Below, piece by piece: positions 8,899 to 19,989 of a stretch of DNA of 39,118 nt. Position 1 is the stretch's first letter. Each line of letters starts with the position of its first letter. The notes beneath the pieces were generated by a model. That model was not told the DNA's origin and made no database searches. It saw only the letters and a program-made list of their open reading frames with translations. The translations under genes and the position numbers were made by a program. The stretch is from Octopus bimaculoides (taxonomy: Eukaryota): positions 65,335,670 to 65,374,787 of the forward strand of contig NC_068985.1 in assembly GCF_001194135.2 (NCBI RefSeq), in the 5' to 3' direction.

Positions 8899-10678
8899 TT
8901 ATGACATATTTCTGTCATGAAACTGCCCAAAGCACCCTTTACACAAGGGCACTTTGCAGAAGGAGCACATATATGAGGTCTCGACCTGATACCCCTTTGC
9001 AGTTTTTCTTTTTTGGAGTGAACACAGTCTGCAAACTTTTTTCCTTCCATTTATCTTTTCGACTTTATGGAAGTCAATATTTTCTGTGTTGACATCCNNN
9101 NNNNNNNNNNNNNNNNNNNNNNNNNNNNNNNNNNNNNNNNNNNNNNNNNNNNNNNNNNNNNNNNNNNNNNNNNNNNNNNNNNNNNNNNNNNNNNNNNNNN
9201 NNNNNNNNNNNNNNNNNNNNNNNNNNNNNNNNNNNNNNNNNNNNNNNNNNNNNNNNNNNNNNNNNNNNNNNNNNNNNNNNNNNNNNNNNNNNNNNNNNNN
9301 NNNNNNNNNNNNNNNNNNNNNNNNNNNNNNNNNNNNNNNNNNNNNNNNNNNNNNNNNNNNNNNNNNNNNNNNNNNNNNNNNNNNNNNNNNNNNNNNNNNN
9401 NNNNNNNNNNNNNNNNNNNNNNNNNNNNNNNNNNNNNNNNNNNNNNNNNNNNNNNNNNNNNNNNNNNNNNNNNNNNNNNNNNNNNNNNNNNNNNNNNNNN
9501 NNNNNNNNNNNNNNNNNNNNNNNNNNNNNNNNNNNNNNNNNNNNNNNNNNNNNNNNNNNNNNNNNNNNNNNNNNNNNNNNNNNNNNNNNNNNNNNNNNNN
9601 NNNNNNNNNNNNNNNNNNNNNNNNNNNNNNNNNNNNNNNNNNNNNNNNNNNNNNNNNNNNNNNNNNNNNNNNNNNNNNNNNNNNNNNNNNNNNNNNNNNN
9701 NNNNNNNNNNNNNNNNNNNNNNNNNNNNNNNNNNNNNNNNNNNNNNNNNNNNNNNNNNNNNNNNNNNNNNNNNNNNNNNNNNNNNNNNNNNNNNNNNNNN
9801 NNNNNNNNNNNNNNNNNNNNNNNNNNNNNNNNNNNNNNNNNNNNNNNGAAGTTTACACAGTATCCAGTCTCTGATTCACAAACTTCCCATACCTTGATCC
9901 CCCATTTAGTAGGTTTGGCAGGCATGTACTGCCGAAAATGTACTCTGCCCTTATAGCCTATCATGGCTTCATCTACACTGAGATTTTTCCCAGGTAGATA
10001 CACAGTTCTATAATTATTAACAAGTAAATCGATTATAGGACGTACTTTGTACAGGGGGTCGTAGTTTGGGTCGTTTTTGTTGGGGGCATTTACAGAATCA
10101 GTCAAATGCAAATACTGAGATATTTTCGAATACCTTGTCTTGGACATAATACTGGAGATATACGGATCACCATACCTTACATTGGGACTCCAATAGTTCC
10201 ACAGTCGAGGAAGCTGTTTCACACCAAACATAATGTTGATTGTGAAAAATGCTCTCATTTCCACAGTAGTCGTTGGCTGCCATAGTGGATCGTTCCTTCC
10301 ACGAACAGTAATTAAATGTTACACATATTTGTTAGTTTCCTCCGCAACATTTTCAAAGAAACTTTCAGGTAAAAATTAAAAAAAATAGTCCAATGGTTGA
10401 GTATCAGGAGGAAAATTATGTTGTGGACCAGTGTTTTCTGTAAAATCAGAAATAGTGGTCGGTGTTACGATTTTTGACCATGTTGTCATGTTTACACTAT
10501 CATTTTCATCACTTTCATTTTCTTCACTTTCTTTATTAAACTCTTCCTCGTCCGACGAAAAATCACTGATATCGATATCAGATTCATCTGAAGACAAAAT
10601 ACTTTTGTTTTCATTGATATTTTCAATATCATCAATAGTAAAGCCTTCAAAATCGGAATCGCTACTTGCTGGCGCCAT
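8899..10678 (-). pseudogene. piggyBac transposase, about 590 codons, two in-frame TAA stops, middle in an assembly gap
   Basis: MAPASSDSDFEGF start, then LSVDEAMIGYKGRVHFRQYMPAKPTKWGIKVW in the same frame. Stops at 10376-10378 and 10319-10321. After the gap, an open C-terminus ...KKVCRLCSLQKRKTAKGYQVETSYMCSFCKVPLCKGCFGQFHDRNMS* ends at 8899. Confidence 0.85.
9098..9847. other. Assembly gap (750 N)
   Basis: Run of N. Confidence 1.
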
Positions 10679-11149
10679 TTCTTTCACAACCAAGATAAAC
10701 ACTTCTCTTCGAACGTTGAAAAAACCATGTGGTCTAAAAAATTTTGCAGTATTTATACTTGAAAGGCTTCATCTCGCATTATCCCAAAGCTACGAGAATT
10801 CAATAACGTGATTTGTTTATTTTTTTAGCAATTTCGTAGAGCTATCAGATATGGCCGGATACGGCCGGTTTGAACAAATAAAGGGGAATTAATTTTGGCC
10901 GGTTACGGTCGGTTTGAACACTAAAGGGTTAATAGAAATACCACATACAGGTTGTTGTTACTATCAACAAATATAAAAACAAGTTTGGACTTCAAAAATC
11001 TATACATTTCTGAGATTACTGAAGAGCATGAAAAGTGGACATTATGAAACAAAATCTAGTCATCAGAAAAGAAAAAATTTAATTTGTTTAGGTTTGACAG
11101 CCTAGTATATGTCTCACATTTGACAGGAGAAAAATTTCATGTAGAGTGC

Positions 11150-11400
11150 ATAAATTTGAAAGTTAAGGAAGATGGTGACAATGTCATGGTTAGGGTTGCA
11201 TTCTTGGAAAAGAAATTGGTCCTACACATCAAATCAAGAGCATTATGAACCATACAACCTCTGTGGAGAACACTATACTTCTATATGCCAAGAGTAGTTT
11301 GGGCCAGTAACAGAATTTTTAGATTGACTATAACTCAAAACATACTGCAAGAATAAACAAGGAATTCATCAAAAGCAATAAAGTTTGGATGCTGCAATGA
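11150..11400 (+). mobile_element. Possible highly degraded Tc1-like transposase remnant
   Basis: Weak resemblance (VMVRVAF..., later KEFIKSNKV) to Tc1 catalytic-domain segments. Confidence 0.3.
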
Positions 11401-12378
11401 GCAGCACAATATATTACCATTGTTATCATCATTTTAATGTCTATTTCACCATGTTTGCAAGTGCTAGGCAAGAGTGTGTTGGGGCTGATCCCCTTCATGT
11501 CGCCAGCCCCTGCTTGTTGATATGCATGCATAAATTTATTTCATTTTGCAGTTTTCTTCAACTTCCAGAATACTGAGCAACAAACAGCTCACACATGTTT
11601 TTATGCAGAATACCGGAATCAAAAGGCTCTTCATGGAGCATGTCAAGAAACCTAGATATGTTTTCATGGTGGACTGTAAGCAAATGACACCATCAAGAAG
11701 CCATTATTTACAAATCAGCAAATGTATGGGAACTATGAACCCATTCACATAAATACATATATGCATACATACAGACACATGACGTGTTCAGTGAAGGAAG
11801 GGAATATTCAACATTTTACAAATTTGTTGCAAAAGCTGTTTAAAGTTTTCCAAACAATATTGATGTTTTAGCTTATTTTCTTTTTGCCAGTTGGTGAATT
11901 ATTTACAAATATAAATACAAGTTTAAGTGAACTATTACTGTCTAATAAGTGTTGATATATTGAAAAAAGAGAACAGTTGGAATTTTATTTTATTATACCT
12001 TTTTCATCTCTTGTGTGTGAAGGTGCATGGCCTAGAGGTGAGGGTAATTCCCAGAGCAGTAGTGCATTGTGTTTTTCAGCAAAACACTTCATTTCACATT
12101 GTTTCAGTTCACTCAGCAACAAACTCAAGTTCCATTCAGTGGGAAATGTTGGCATGTCCACATAGCCATTGGGGTAGCATCATTCAAAAGCACCAGCAAT
12201 GCAAGTACATTGTGACCAGTGGTGTTTGGCAGCCTCTGATAGTCTGGTCAATACAGTGAATTTAAAGCTAACTTATAGATTTGAGTGTTTAGGAACTTCA
12301 ATGCATTATTCAAATGAAATACATCTGTCTATATATTGTTGATATATTGACAGAAAATTGCAAATTTATAGCTATCTA

Positions 12379-13637
12379 TCAGATCATTTAGAATGAAATG
12401 TCTGATTTTCTTATGCACCAAGTTTGACAGTTATTAACTTCAAAGTTCTATCCTGACAATTCTTTGTTTTACAACATTGAAGACTTACATCATCACTTTT
12501 CGAAATGCAATTTAAGGTGTCTGATTATATTGTGAGTCTTCTCTTGTAAATCAAATTTTGTGAACCCGTGGCTAAATCAAAAATTCGTGTTTTTTTGTGA
12601 ATATGAGTTCTGTCATGGAACCAATGCATCACAGACAGCTCGAAACATCAGTGAGGTGTTTGGTGAAGATGTGGCAAAGGAGCACACTGTACATTCATGG
12701 TTTGAAAAGTTCTGGTCAGGTGACTTTACTCTTGAAAATCAGCCCCATGGTAGACCTGAGACCAAGGTGGATAATGATGAGTTGGAAACTGTAGTAGAAG
12801 CAGATGCATCTCAAACTACGTGTGAGTTAGCAGCAAGGTTTGATGTTTTGAGTATTGGACTATCTGAAACAAATCACCAAGGTAAAGAAGCTAGACAAGT
12901 GAGTACCACATGAACTGAATGAGCATCAAATGATATGTTGCCTTGAAACTTGCTGTTCTTTGCTGTCATAACATAAAAGTGAACCATTTTTGCATCGTAT
13001 TGTTATGTGTGATGAAAAATGGATTCTTTTCAACAATAACAAGCATTCTGCATGGTGGTTGGATAGAGACAAAGTGACAAAACACAATCCAAAAGAGAAT
13101 ATTCACCAGAAAAAGCTAAGGGTGTCTGTTTGTTGGTCCAGTGCAGCTTCATGAGACTTGGTAAGTCAATTACAGCAGATGTATACATCAACCAGTTGGA
13201 TGAAATGATGAGTGAACTTGCAATTAAACAACCGAGATCAGTCAATAGAGACAAGCCAATTCTCTTGCAAGACAATGCTTGACCGCATGTTGCACAAAGA
13301 ACGCTAATCAAGTTACAGGAACTAAACTTAGAAGTACACTGTCATCCACCATATTCACCAGACCTTGCACCCAACTGACTATCACATTTTCCAGGCATTA
13401 GACAACTTTTTGCAATGAAAAAATTTCAAACCTGTAGAAGATGCAAAAACAGCCTTTCGTGATTTCATCACCTCTTGCTCTCCAGAATTCTTCACTGCCA
13501 GCATAAACTACTGATAAAATGGCAAAACTGTGTTGACAATTTAGGTGCATACTTTGATTAACTGCATTGCTTTTTGTTGAGATGAAGTAAAATAAACTTT
13601 CAGTTCAAAATCAGACATTTCATTCTTAATGACCTGA
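12379..13637 (+). mobile_element. Full-length defective mariner (Mos1/SETMAR-like)
   Basis: Terminal inverted repeats match at 31/33 nt including the flanking TA. ORF 12560-12913 has the HTH and GRP motif; later frames show WVPHEL, CDEKW and YSPDLAP, broken by stops. Confidence 0.92.
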
Positions 13638-14332
13638 TACTTCTAACTATTAATGTTAATTAGTGTAATCCATTATGTTTCTGTCATTGTCCAATGTTGT
13701 GGCACTTGATTCAACAAATTCTGTATTTATCAACTCTGTTAATAAATTAGTATAATAATTTTCTGAATTTGTCAGCATCAGTCGTCAATTCTTTGAAGTC
13801 TTCCACTTTTTACTTTCGATATTAGTAACAGTTGGAAGGCAGCAAGCTGACAGAATTGTTAGCATGCTGGACAAAATGCTTAGTAGCACTTCATCCACCT
13901 TTATGTTCTGTGTTCAAATTCCACCAAGGGTGACTTTGCTCTTCATTCTTTCAAGGCTGATGAAATATTTACCAGCTATGCACGGAAGTTGATGTAATCT
14001 ACTACAAAATTTCAGGTGAGTTTGTCTCTTTCATTCAGAGCTTGTGGCACTCATTTTTGGCATGTGATGCTCAGTTTTGGATTTCACCCATTGAGTGAAG
14101 GTGACTGATGATGTTCTCATAAGAACAGCCCACGCATAAAATATCGGATGAAAGTGAAACATTAGAAGCAAAGCAAAATATTGTCCAAAAATGACCTCAA
14201 AATTGTGTACCCAACGTAGTTGCTGAGGTTATCTTAGTTATAAAAAAGCGTTGTTGAGTGAAAAACATAGTTTATTTGGTAGATAGATAATAAGCAGCGG
14301 CTATGTTTCATTATAACTCAAAGTTGTCAACA

Positions 14333-14539
14333 AACTGTCATCCAGATCAGTTGTTTTGTTCGTTAATTTCCATTAAAATATTTTTTGTTTATTTACTTTT
14401 GATTTAAAGTGAAAGAGAGGAGAAAGTAAAAGATGCATGAACATGTATTTGAAATGGACATGTGTGTGTGTGTGTGTGTGTGAAAGAGAGAGTGAGTGCC
14501 ACTTACACATACATGAGAACACACACATTCACGCACTCA

Positions 14540-14575
<36 letters not shown>

Positions 14576-14799
14576 TAGATACAAAAAAGATGTATGCATA
14601 TGCATTGATGTGTACGTATATATGACAACACACCCCTTCAGTCACACTCTTTCTCCTTTCCTGTCTCTCTCTCTCACACACACACATCCATTTCATATAC
14701 ATGTTCATACATCTTTCACTTTCTCCTCTCTTTCACTTTAAAACAAAAGTAAATAAATAAATGAATTTTTACGGAAATTAACAAATGCAGATGACAGTT
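14333..14799. repeat. Long imperfect palindrome around a microsatellite-rich core
   Basis: 14388-14458 versus the reverse complement of 14687-14757 shows 4 mismatches in 71 nt; weaker pairing extends outward. Confidence 0.8.
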
Positions 14800-15449
14800 C
14801 TACAAATCAAAATAAAGATCGCCTAAGCAACTTTCTTTATTATAATACAGATGTGACTAATTTGGAGAAACATTACTATCATTATGCACACATTGTCAGT
14901 CTCGTAATCCAACACTGTAATTTTAGTTCAAATTGAAAGTGTGAAACTATTTTCACTTTCTAATGAAACCTGGTCATTGTAACTTTCAATATCAGTGCGT
15001 TTCACTGTTGGGTAATGTCACATATATATACTAAGACACACACAAACAGACATACATTAACGCACACCTCAAGTCCATTTCTGTTCCTGTGTGTGTCTGT
15101 CTGTCTGTGTCTTTAGATGTGTGTGTGTGTCAGTCTTCACAAAAATATGTATACTGACAGACACATACACCGTCACACACGTTTGTCAGTCATATAGAAA
15201 AATGTGATGTCATCATCATTGTGGTGGTGGTAAAAGATGTCATTTACAATAGGTGACTAAAAGGAAAATGAAAATATTAAATTTTTGTAATGCAAATATG
15301 TGAATGAAAATATAGTTTAGTTGGTAGCCAAAATCTTACTGAATTTTTTGATACCCCATATGTCAAAATCAGCAACTCGGTTTTAGAATGCATAAGGAAC
15401 ATATGCACACACACACACACACAAACTCTCTTTTATATATATATATATA

Positions 15450-15501
15450 NNNNNNNNNNNNNNNNNNNNNNNNNNNNNNNNNNNNNNNNNNNNNNNNNNN
15501 N
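15450..15501. other. Assembly gap (52 N) inside a (TA)n tract
   Basis: Run of N flanked by TA repeats. Confidence 1.
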
Positions 15502-15507
15502 ATATAT

Positions 15508-15877
15508 GGGTGCAGGGGCAGGCGTGGCTGTGTGGTAAAAAGCTTGCTTTCCAACCACATGGTTCCAGGTTCAGTCCCACTATGTGGCACCTTGGGCAAG
15601 TGTCTTTTACTATAGTCTCAGGCTGACCAAAGCCTTGTGAGTGGATTTGGTAGACGAAAACTGAAATAAGTCCGACATATATATGAATATATGTGTATGT
15701 GTGTGTGTTTGTCCCCCTATCACCATTTGATAACCGGTGTTGGTGTATTTATGTTCCTGTAACTTAGCAGTTTGACAAAAGAGACCAATAGAATAAGTAC
15801 TAGGCTTACAAAGAATAAGTCCTGGGATTGATTTCTTTGACAAAAAACCCTTTAAGGTAGTGCTCCAGCATGGCCAG

Positions 15878-15878
<1 letters not shown>
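15508..15878 (+). mobile_element. Octopus-type SINE, 3' tail replaced by (TA)n(GA)n
   Basis: Aligns to 4865-5230. Confidence 0.85.
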
Positions 15879-15936
<58 letters not shown>

Positions 15937-16499
15937 AAATGTGATGTCATAAACATGAACAAAAAGAAAAATGACAACATAGGAGGGATGTTTGTGTGTG
16001 TGTGTGTAGTACTGCTTCCTGTGCTCTGCAGGATTACAGTAAATCAGTCTAGTACAGAGAGACAACAGGGTAACACTGTAAGTTGGAAAGGTGAAAGGGG
16101 TGAGTGAAGTATAGTGTCGGAATGAAACAATGGATGCTAAGCTAAGAGAAGTCAAGGCACTTGTGAACATGACAGGAGGAATGAATAGGTAGAAGAAAGT
16201 GACATTAGCTTGATCGAGAAGCAAAAAAAGGAAAATGAAAAGTTGAGGCAGCTGAGATTTTAATAGATTACATGAACTGTAAGGAGACCCTTGGAAATTC
16301 TCGTTTTAAATTCCAGAAAATTTCAAAAATTCCCCCCAAAGTCTCTTTTGGGACAATACAGAAATTGTCATGGTTTGATGGTTTTAAGATGAATGGATGG
16401 ATATACAAATAGATGGGTAGAGAGACAGATAGATACATACATGGGACTTACTGGTGGTGTGTGGTCTGTGTATAGCCTTGTTACTAGTTCTTGGGTTAA

Positions 16500-16800
16500 G
16501 TATAACTTAACATGTGTGAGAGCTTTTGAATCTATAATTCTTCATCAGACATTCAATGGTGGTTATTGCTGGCATTGGTCAAAAGTTCTGGAGGCAGTAG
16601 ATGAATTTTCAGCTGTCAAGTTCATTCCAGCAGTTGAGGTTGGGTGCCTTCTTTTTGACGAAGTGTGCCTCCTTTATTCATAGGCTGACTGTATCCATTC
16701 CCCTTGCCAGTATACAGGTGGAGAAATCCCCATCACAGTGCTGGTGATGTTGCCTGAGATACACCAGCATATTATGGTAAATCAAGCCAGACATCTTAAT
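16500..16800 (-). mobile_element. Penelope-like element 3' end (GIY-YIG C-terminus) with a degenerate hammerhead-like motif
   Basis: Minus strand IKEAHFVKKKAPNLN (16633-16677) resembles the GIY-YIG C-terminal EA.FI...P.LN segment; CTGATGA follows at 16548-16542. Confidence 0.5.
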
Positions 16801-17189
16801 TTGATAAGCAAAGCAACAGCATATTCTCTAGGTGGAGAGAGTTGGCTTTGTGAAGCACAAGCAAAGTTCACTATAATCGAGTTCATAGTGCATGTTGTTC
16901 AGTAACAGAAAGACAAAAAAAAAATCTATGGCAATGAAATAATAGTGATGGGGACAGGTGGAGGGTACCACTAGAGGACTCTAACTGGAGCTTTCGATAT
17001 ATGGTAGTAAGAAGTAGATGGCTGTTCTATGAAATACTTGTGAGCAGTAATTTCACAGTTTGTCCTCTTCTTAACTACAAATCAGTATTTTTAGGATGAC
17101 ACTGCTTTTCCGTGTATGGAAGGGGCCTAGAAAATGTACCTTAAAAATTGTTTGCTCACTCAATCCTGTCATCTTACTGCAGATGACTG

Positions 17190-18118
17190 GATGTCCAGCC
17201 ATACAGGTGAGAAAATGAAGAAAACAAAATAGAAATGACTAATGAGTGGTTATTGACAAAGATCCACATAAAACTACTCGAGAACTGGCAAAAGAACTTC
17301 AAGTTAGCCAGAAAACTGCCTGCAACCACTTGCACGTGATCAGAAAATCAAAAAAGCTCAACAAATGGGTACCATACAATTTGAATGAAAATCAGAAAAT
17401 GCGAAGATATGAAATTTGCTTGTTGCTTCTTCATAACCAGACCGATCCATTTCTCAACAGTATTGTAACAAGCAATGAAAAGTGGATTCTATACAATGAT
17501 AAAAACGTTCTTCACAGTGGTTGGACCAAAATGAAGGACCAAAAACTTTCCCTAAACCCAAGATCTTCAAAAAGAAGGTTATGGTGATTGTTTGGTGGTG
17601 AACTGCAGGACTCATCCACTATAACTTCCTAAACCCCAGAAAAATCATTGCTGCAGAAACATATTGCCATGAAATTGCCAAAATGAATGAACAACTGCTA
17701 CTCCTCTGTCCCAAACTGGTCAACAGAAGAGGGCCAATCATCCTTCATGACAATGCTTGACCACACATTTCACTAATAATGCTCCAGAAGTTGAGGGAAC
17801 TTGGCTAGGAAGTTCTTCTCCACCCAGCTTATTCCCCAGACCTCTCTCCTACCAACTACCACAATTTCAAGCACCTTGATGGTTTCTTGCAAAAGAAGGA
17901 GTTCAAAAATCAAACCAATGCTGAAAGTGCATTCAAAGAGTTCATCAGCTCCAGAACTCCAGATTTTATTTTACCAGAATAAACAAACTTGCAACTTGTT
18001 AGCAAAAATGTGTTGATTGTAATGGTACTTACTTTGATGAATAAAATTTCCGCATTGTTGAAATATATTGTGATGAATTTCATGTTTCAAAACATTGCTT
18101 ACATTTTACTCAGCCTGA
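17190..18118 (+). mobile_element. 5'-truncated mariner
   Basis: DPHKTTRELAKEL, KWVPYNL, SNEKWILY, HDNA and YSPDL-like motifs; 3' TIR ACATTTTACTCAGCCTGA followed by TA. Confidence 0.85.
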
Positions 18119-18374
18119 TAGTATTTGTTTATCTCACAAAGGCCTTTGACAACTAGAAAACTTGGTGTAAATGTTTAGCTGTATAAACTGTGTACAAAGT
18201 GCATTCAGCAATGATTTTAGCAATGCATTTAGCATGAAGGTAGATGTCCATCAATAACTCCTCCTATTATTCATAGTTCTGTAGGTTATCATAGAGGAGT
18301 TTTAGACTAGCTGGGTGTTCATATGCTTATAATCTAGTTTTTATAATTGTATCTATTATGGAATTAGAGAAGAA

Positions 18375-18915
18375 ATGCCAGATCAGGAAGAAAATTCTAG
18401 AATTGCGAGGCCTTATGGTAAACTAAGCAAAGACTAAGGTGTCAGTAAGTAGGAAAGAAATTGGTTTCTTCGTTGGCAACAATGATCTTCTTTGGGTGAA
18501 AAGCAGATTATATGATGCTTGCATTCAAACTGTGACGTTGCATGGTAGTGAGACATGGATCTTGAATGTAGAAGACTTATGAAGACTAGAAAGAAATGGA
18601 CCCAGTATACTCTAATGGATGCGTAATGTTAGAGTGCATGAAGAAGAGAAAATAATAAAATTGTCTTCTGAGGTTTCAGATGTAATGTGGAAGAGAAAAG
18701 ACTGTGCTGGTTCAGGTATATGATGTGTATGGGGGATTAATGCTGCATATTGTAGTGTAAATGCTCTGACTTAGTGGAAACAGTGGAAGAGGGAGACTAA
18801 AGAAGACTTGGAATGAAATGATTAAAACTGATCTGAATATGTTGCCTGTCATAAAGGAAATGACAAAGGATCATATTGATTGGTAAGGCAAGAGAAGATC
18901 TCACCATTCACATAA
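18375..18915 (+). mobile_element. Degraded RTE LINE 3' fragment
   Basis: Homologous to about 20850-21700 and 38705-39118. Confidence 0.75.
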
Positions 18916-19388
18916 GCATGATGAAACACACTTTCAACTTCTCTCACTTAGGCCTATTTATAAGATCAGACTGTCCACCACTCTCTCCTAGCAATATATG
19001 AAGATATTGATGGAAATATTTTAATATATATGTTAGAGCAGTAAGCCAGCTAGGTTAGGAGGACAGATATGTATATAGAAGGAGAAAGACAGAAAAAAGG
19101 GGCAAAAAGAAGAGGATATGTAAAGTGAGATAATAGGGAGGGGAGAAAGGATGTACAAGTGTATTGAAAGAAAATGGGATAGTTTTGTTTGTTTACATAC
19201 AAAATCTAAGGAATGTATCTGATTGAGAAGGTCAGGAATTTGGGGATGAGGATGAAATGAACTAGGTGTCAGGGTGTGGTTAAGAGTTTTAGCAGTGGAA
19301 AGAATTAGTAGTAAATGGTATAAAGATGTCATGTCAAAGTGCTTTGGACTAAATAATAATAATGATGATAACCACACACACACATATA

Positions 19389-19428
<40 letters not shown>

Positions 19429-19989
19429 AGTAAAAATAAATACAAAAAAGGTGGTTTTTTTGTATGATTGTGTATAGAGGAATATATTATTTTGTTTAAA
19501 AGAGTTCCAACACTGTCTGTTTTTTATGTTTTATTTATATTCCTGCAGAACCAATGTGGGGTATAGAATATGGAATATACAATATATAATATAATATACA
19601 ATATATAATATAAAATAAAATAAAAATGGATGGCACCATGAAAGAAAGTATTGAATGTAGATGAAATATTGAGTGTTCAATATAAAGGATCAAATATATA
19701 AATATATATATATATATATAGGTTCAAAAAAGGAAAAAGACAAAAAAAAACGTGTGATACAGATTGTGTTACTAGATGCTCAGGAAAGGATATATATACA
19801 CACATACATAAGCATATATACATATACATACATATATAAACATGCATCTGCCTGCTACCTTCTCCCATGTGTGACAAACTGACCAGCTGAGTTGTCTTGT
19901 TTCTTCGCCTTTAACTGTACATCATCCATCTATATGCGTTTATACCCTGTTAATACTAACCAGCCTTTAATTTAATCTAATTTAATCTC

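Larger units (their letters stand above)
8201..10932 (-). mobile_element. piggyBac element B, apparently full length, TTAA at both ends
   Basis: TTAA-CCCTTTAGTGTTCA (minus strand, 10932) and TTAA-CCCTTTGTTCA (plus strand, 8201) are imperfect TIRs enclosing a transposase frame. Confidence 0.85.

Noticed and set aside
9067-9897. Long ORFs of 262-396 aa in the ORF track
   Set aside because: Their length comes from the N gap. The true transposase C-terminus is in a different frame after the gap because the gap size is only an estimate.
10319-10378. Rescue of the two UAA stops by A-to-I editing
   Set aside because: It needs both adenosines of both codons edited to read as UGG, and no supporting duplex was seen.
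10670-10720. piggyBac B as an exon trap giving a UMPS-transposase fusion like CSB-PGBD3
   Set aside because: The nearest AG dinucleotides upstream of the ATG are phase 1 while the UMPS donor at 28491 is phase 0, the pyrimidine tract is weak, and two early stops follow.
14105-14135. CTGATGA followed by a GTTCT/AGAAC hairpin as another hammerhead
   Set aside because: No GAAA follows the hairpin, and there is no stem I, stem III or NUH site.
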